Assembly (NCBI GenBank): GCA_944391085.1
Contig: CALXSE010000003.1
Span: forward strand, 54,143 to 118,142
Source of the DNA: an uncultured Kiritimatiellota bacterium
Lineage (GTDB): Bacteria > Verrucomicrobiota > Kiritimatiellia > RFP12 > DVOR01
Direction: 5' to 3'
DNA: 64,000 bases
Position 1 is the first letter of the stretch. Each line of letters begins with the position of its first letter. The translations under genes were made by a program, and so were the position numbers. Positions 63,551 to 64,000 of this stretch are shown one piece after another. The notes beneath the pieces are model-generated. The model was not told where the DNA came from and made no database searches. It was given only the letters and a program-made list of their open reading frames with translations.

Positions 63551-64000
63551 ATGCCCGAACAACCCAAAGTCCGCGGCGGCCTCTGCCTCAACGTCGACGG
63601 CGAAGGCTGCAAGCGCTTCGTCGCCCGCGACATCGCCCGCGAAAAGGCCAAGGCCCCCATCCAAAACGGCCCCAAGAGCGTCCTCGTCCTCGGCTGCTCG
63701 GGCGGCTACGGCCTCGCCAGCCGCATCGCCGTCGCCTTCGGCGGCCCCAAGGCCGAGACCCTCGGCGTCTCCTTCGAGCGCGCCCCCACCGAGCGCAAGG
63801 CCGGCAGCCCCGGCTGGTACAACAACGAGGCCTTTGACGCCGCCGCCAGGGCCGAGGGCCTCAAGGCCGTCACCCTCTCCGCCGACGCCTTCGCAGACGC
63901 CACCCGCCAGGCCGTCGCCCAAATCGCCAGGGACAACGGCTTCAAGCCCTTCGACCTGGTCGTCTACTCCCTCGCCTCCCCCCTGCGCACCGACCCCAAG
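63551..64000 (+). CDS. fabV: Enoyl-ACP reductase FabV (trans-2-enoyl-CoA reductase family), N-terminal part; continues past window end
   Basis: ATG at 63551 after AAAGGAG. Hand translation gives MPEQPKVRGGLCLNVDGEGCKRFVARDIAREKAKAPIQNGPKSVLVLGCSGGYGLASRIAVAFG...GWYNNEAF...YSLASPLRTDPK, which matches FabV N-terminal landmarks. Not in the track because it is truncated by the window edge. Confidence 0.75.
   Translation, partial: MPEQPKVRGGLCLNVDGEGCKRFVARDIAREKAKAPIQNGPKSVLVLGCSGGYGLASRIAVAFGGPKAETLGVSFERAPTERKAGSPGWYNNEAFDAAARAEGLKAVTLSADAFADATRQAVAQIARDNGFKPFDLVVYSLASPLRTDPK

Overview
This window is about 70% GC, and nearly all coding sequence is on the minus strand. Several long G/A/V/D-rich plus-strand ORFs in the track are antisense shadows of real minus-strand genes. 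Two genes truncated by the window edges (1..7085 and 63551..64000) are missing from the ORF track.

Gene content, left to right: a secreted protein of more than 2360 aa with a signal peptide, running off the left edge; a prepilin-type H-X9-DG (DUF1559) pseudopilin; a beta-CASP RNA hydrolase; cstA; two paralogous PEP-CTERM surface proteins; two Fic-family AMPylase-like genes; an ABC-F ATPase; a Na/Pi transporter; a NERD-UvrD helicase fused into the ribBA-ribH-nusB-pyrD operon; fusA, rplT and rpmI; rfbB; a DUF362 ferredoxin; tRNA-Ser(GGA) followed by an isolated serine recombinase; tlyA-sppA-era; trmH; an XRE regulator divergent from a tryptophanase-family lyase; radC-miaA-lspA-mraY-mnmE; two tetrapyrrole fusion genes (HemC-like/CobA/HemD and SirC/HemA); bioD; exbB-exbD; an HMA metallochaperone and Cd/Zn P1B-ATPase; a 2380-aa BspA-type leucine-rich-repeat surface protein; and fabH-fabF-fabZ-fabV. 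The H-X9-DG pseudopilin and PEP-CTERM proteins suggest a PVC-superphylum-like organism; this is inference.

Most notable observations:
- Perfect 172-bp direct repeats bracket a 7.6-kb segment carrying the BspA-LRR gene; that gene uses G-ending rather than C-ending codons.
- A roughly 30-bp motif (CACACT..GCGCAAT..AGAAAACA) recurs in AT-richer islands upstream of both Fic genes and the serine recombinase.
- A G9 homopolymer sits in the promoter spacer of a PEP-CTERM gene.
- Promoters consistently show a TGn-extended -10 element, and several genes look leaderless.
- Small ORFs (25, 35 and 103 aa) have strong SD signals and, in one case, their own promoter and terminator; all are too short for the track.
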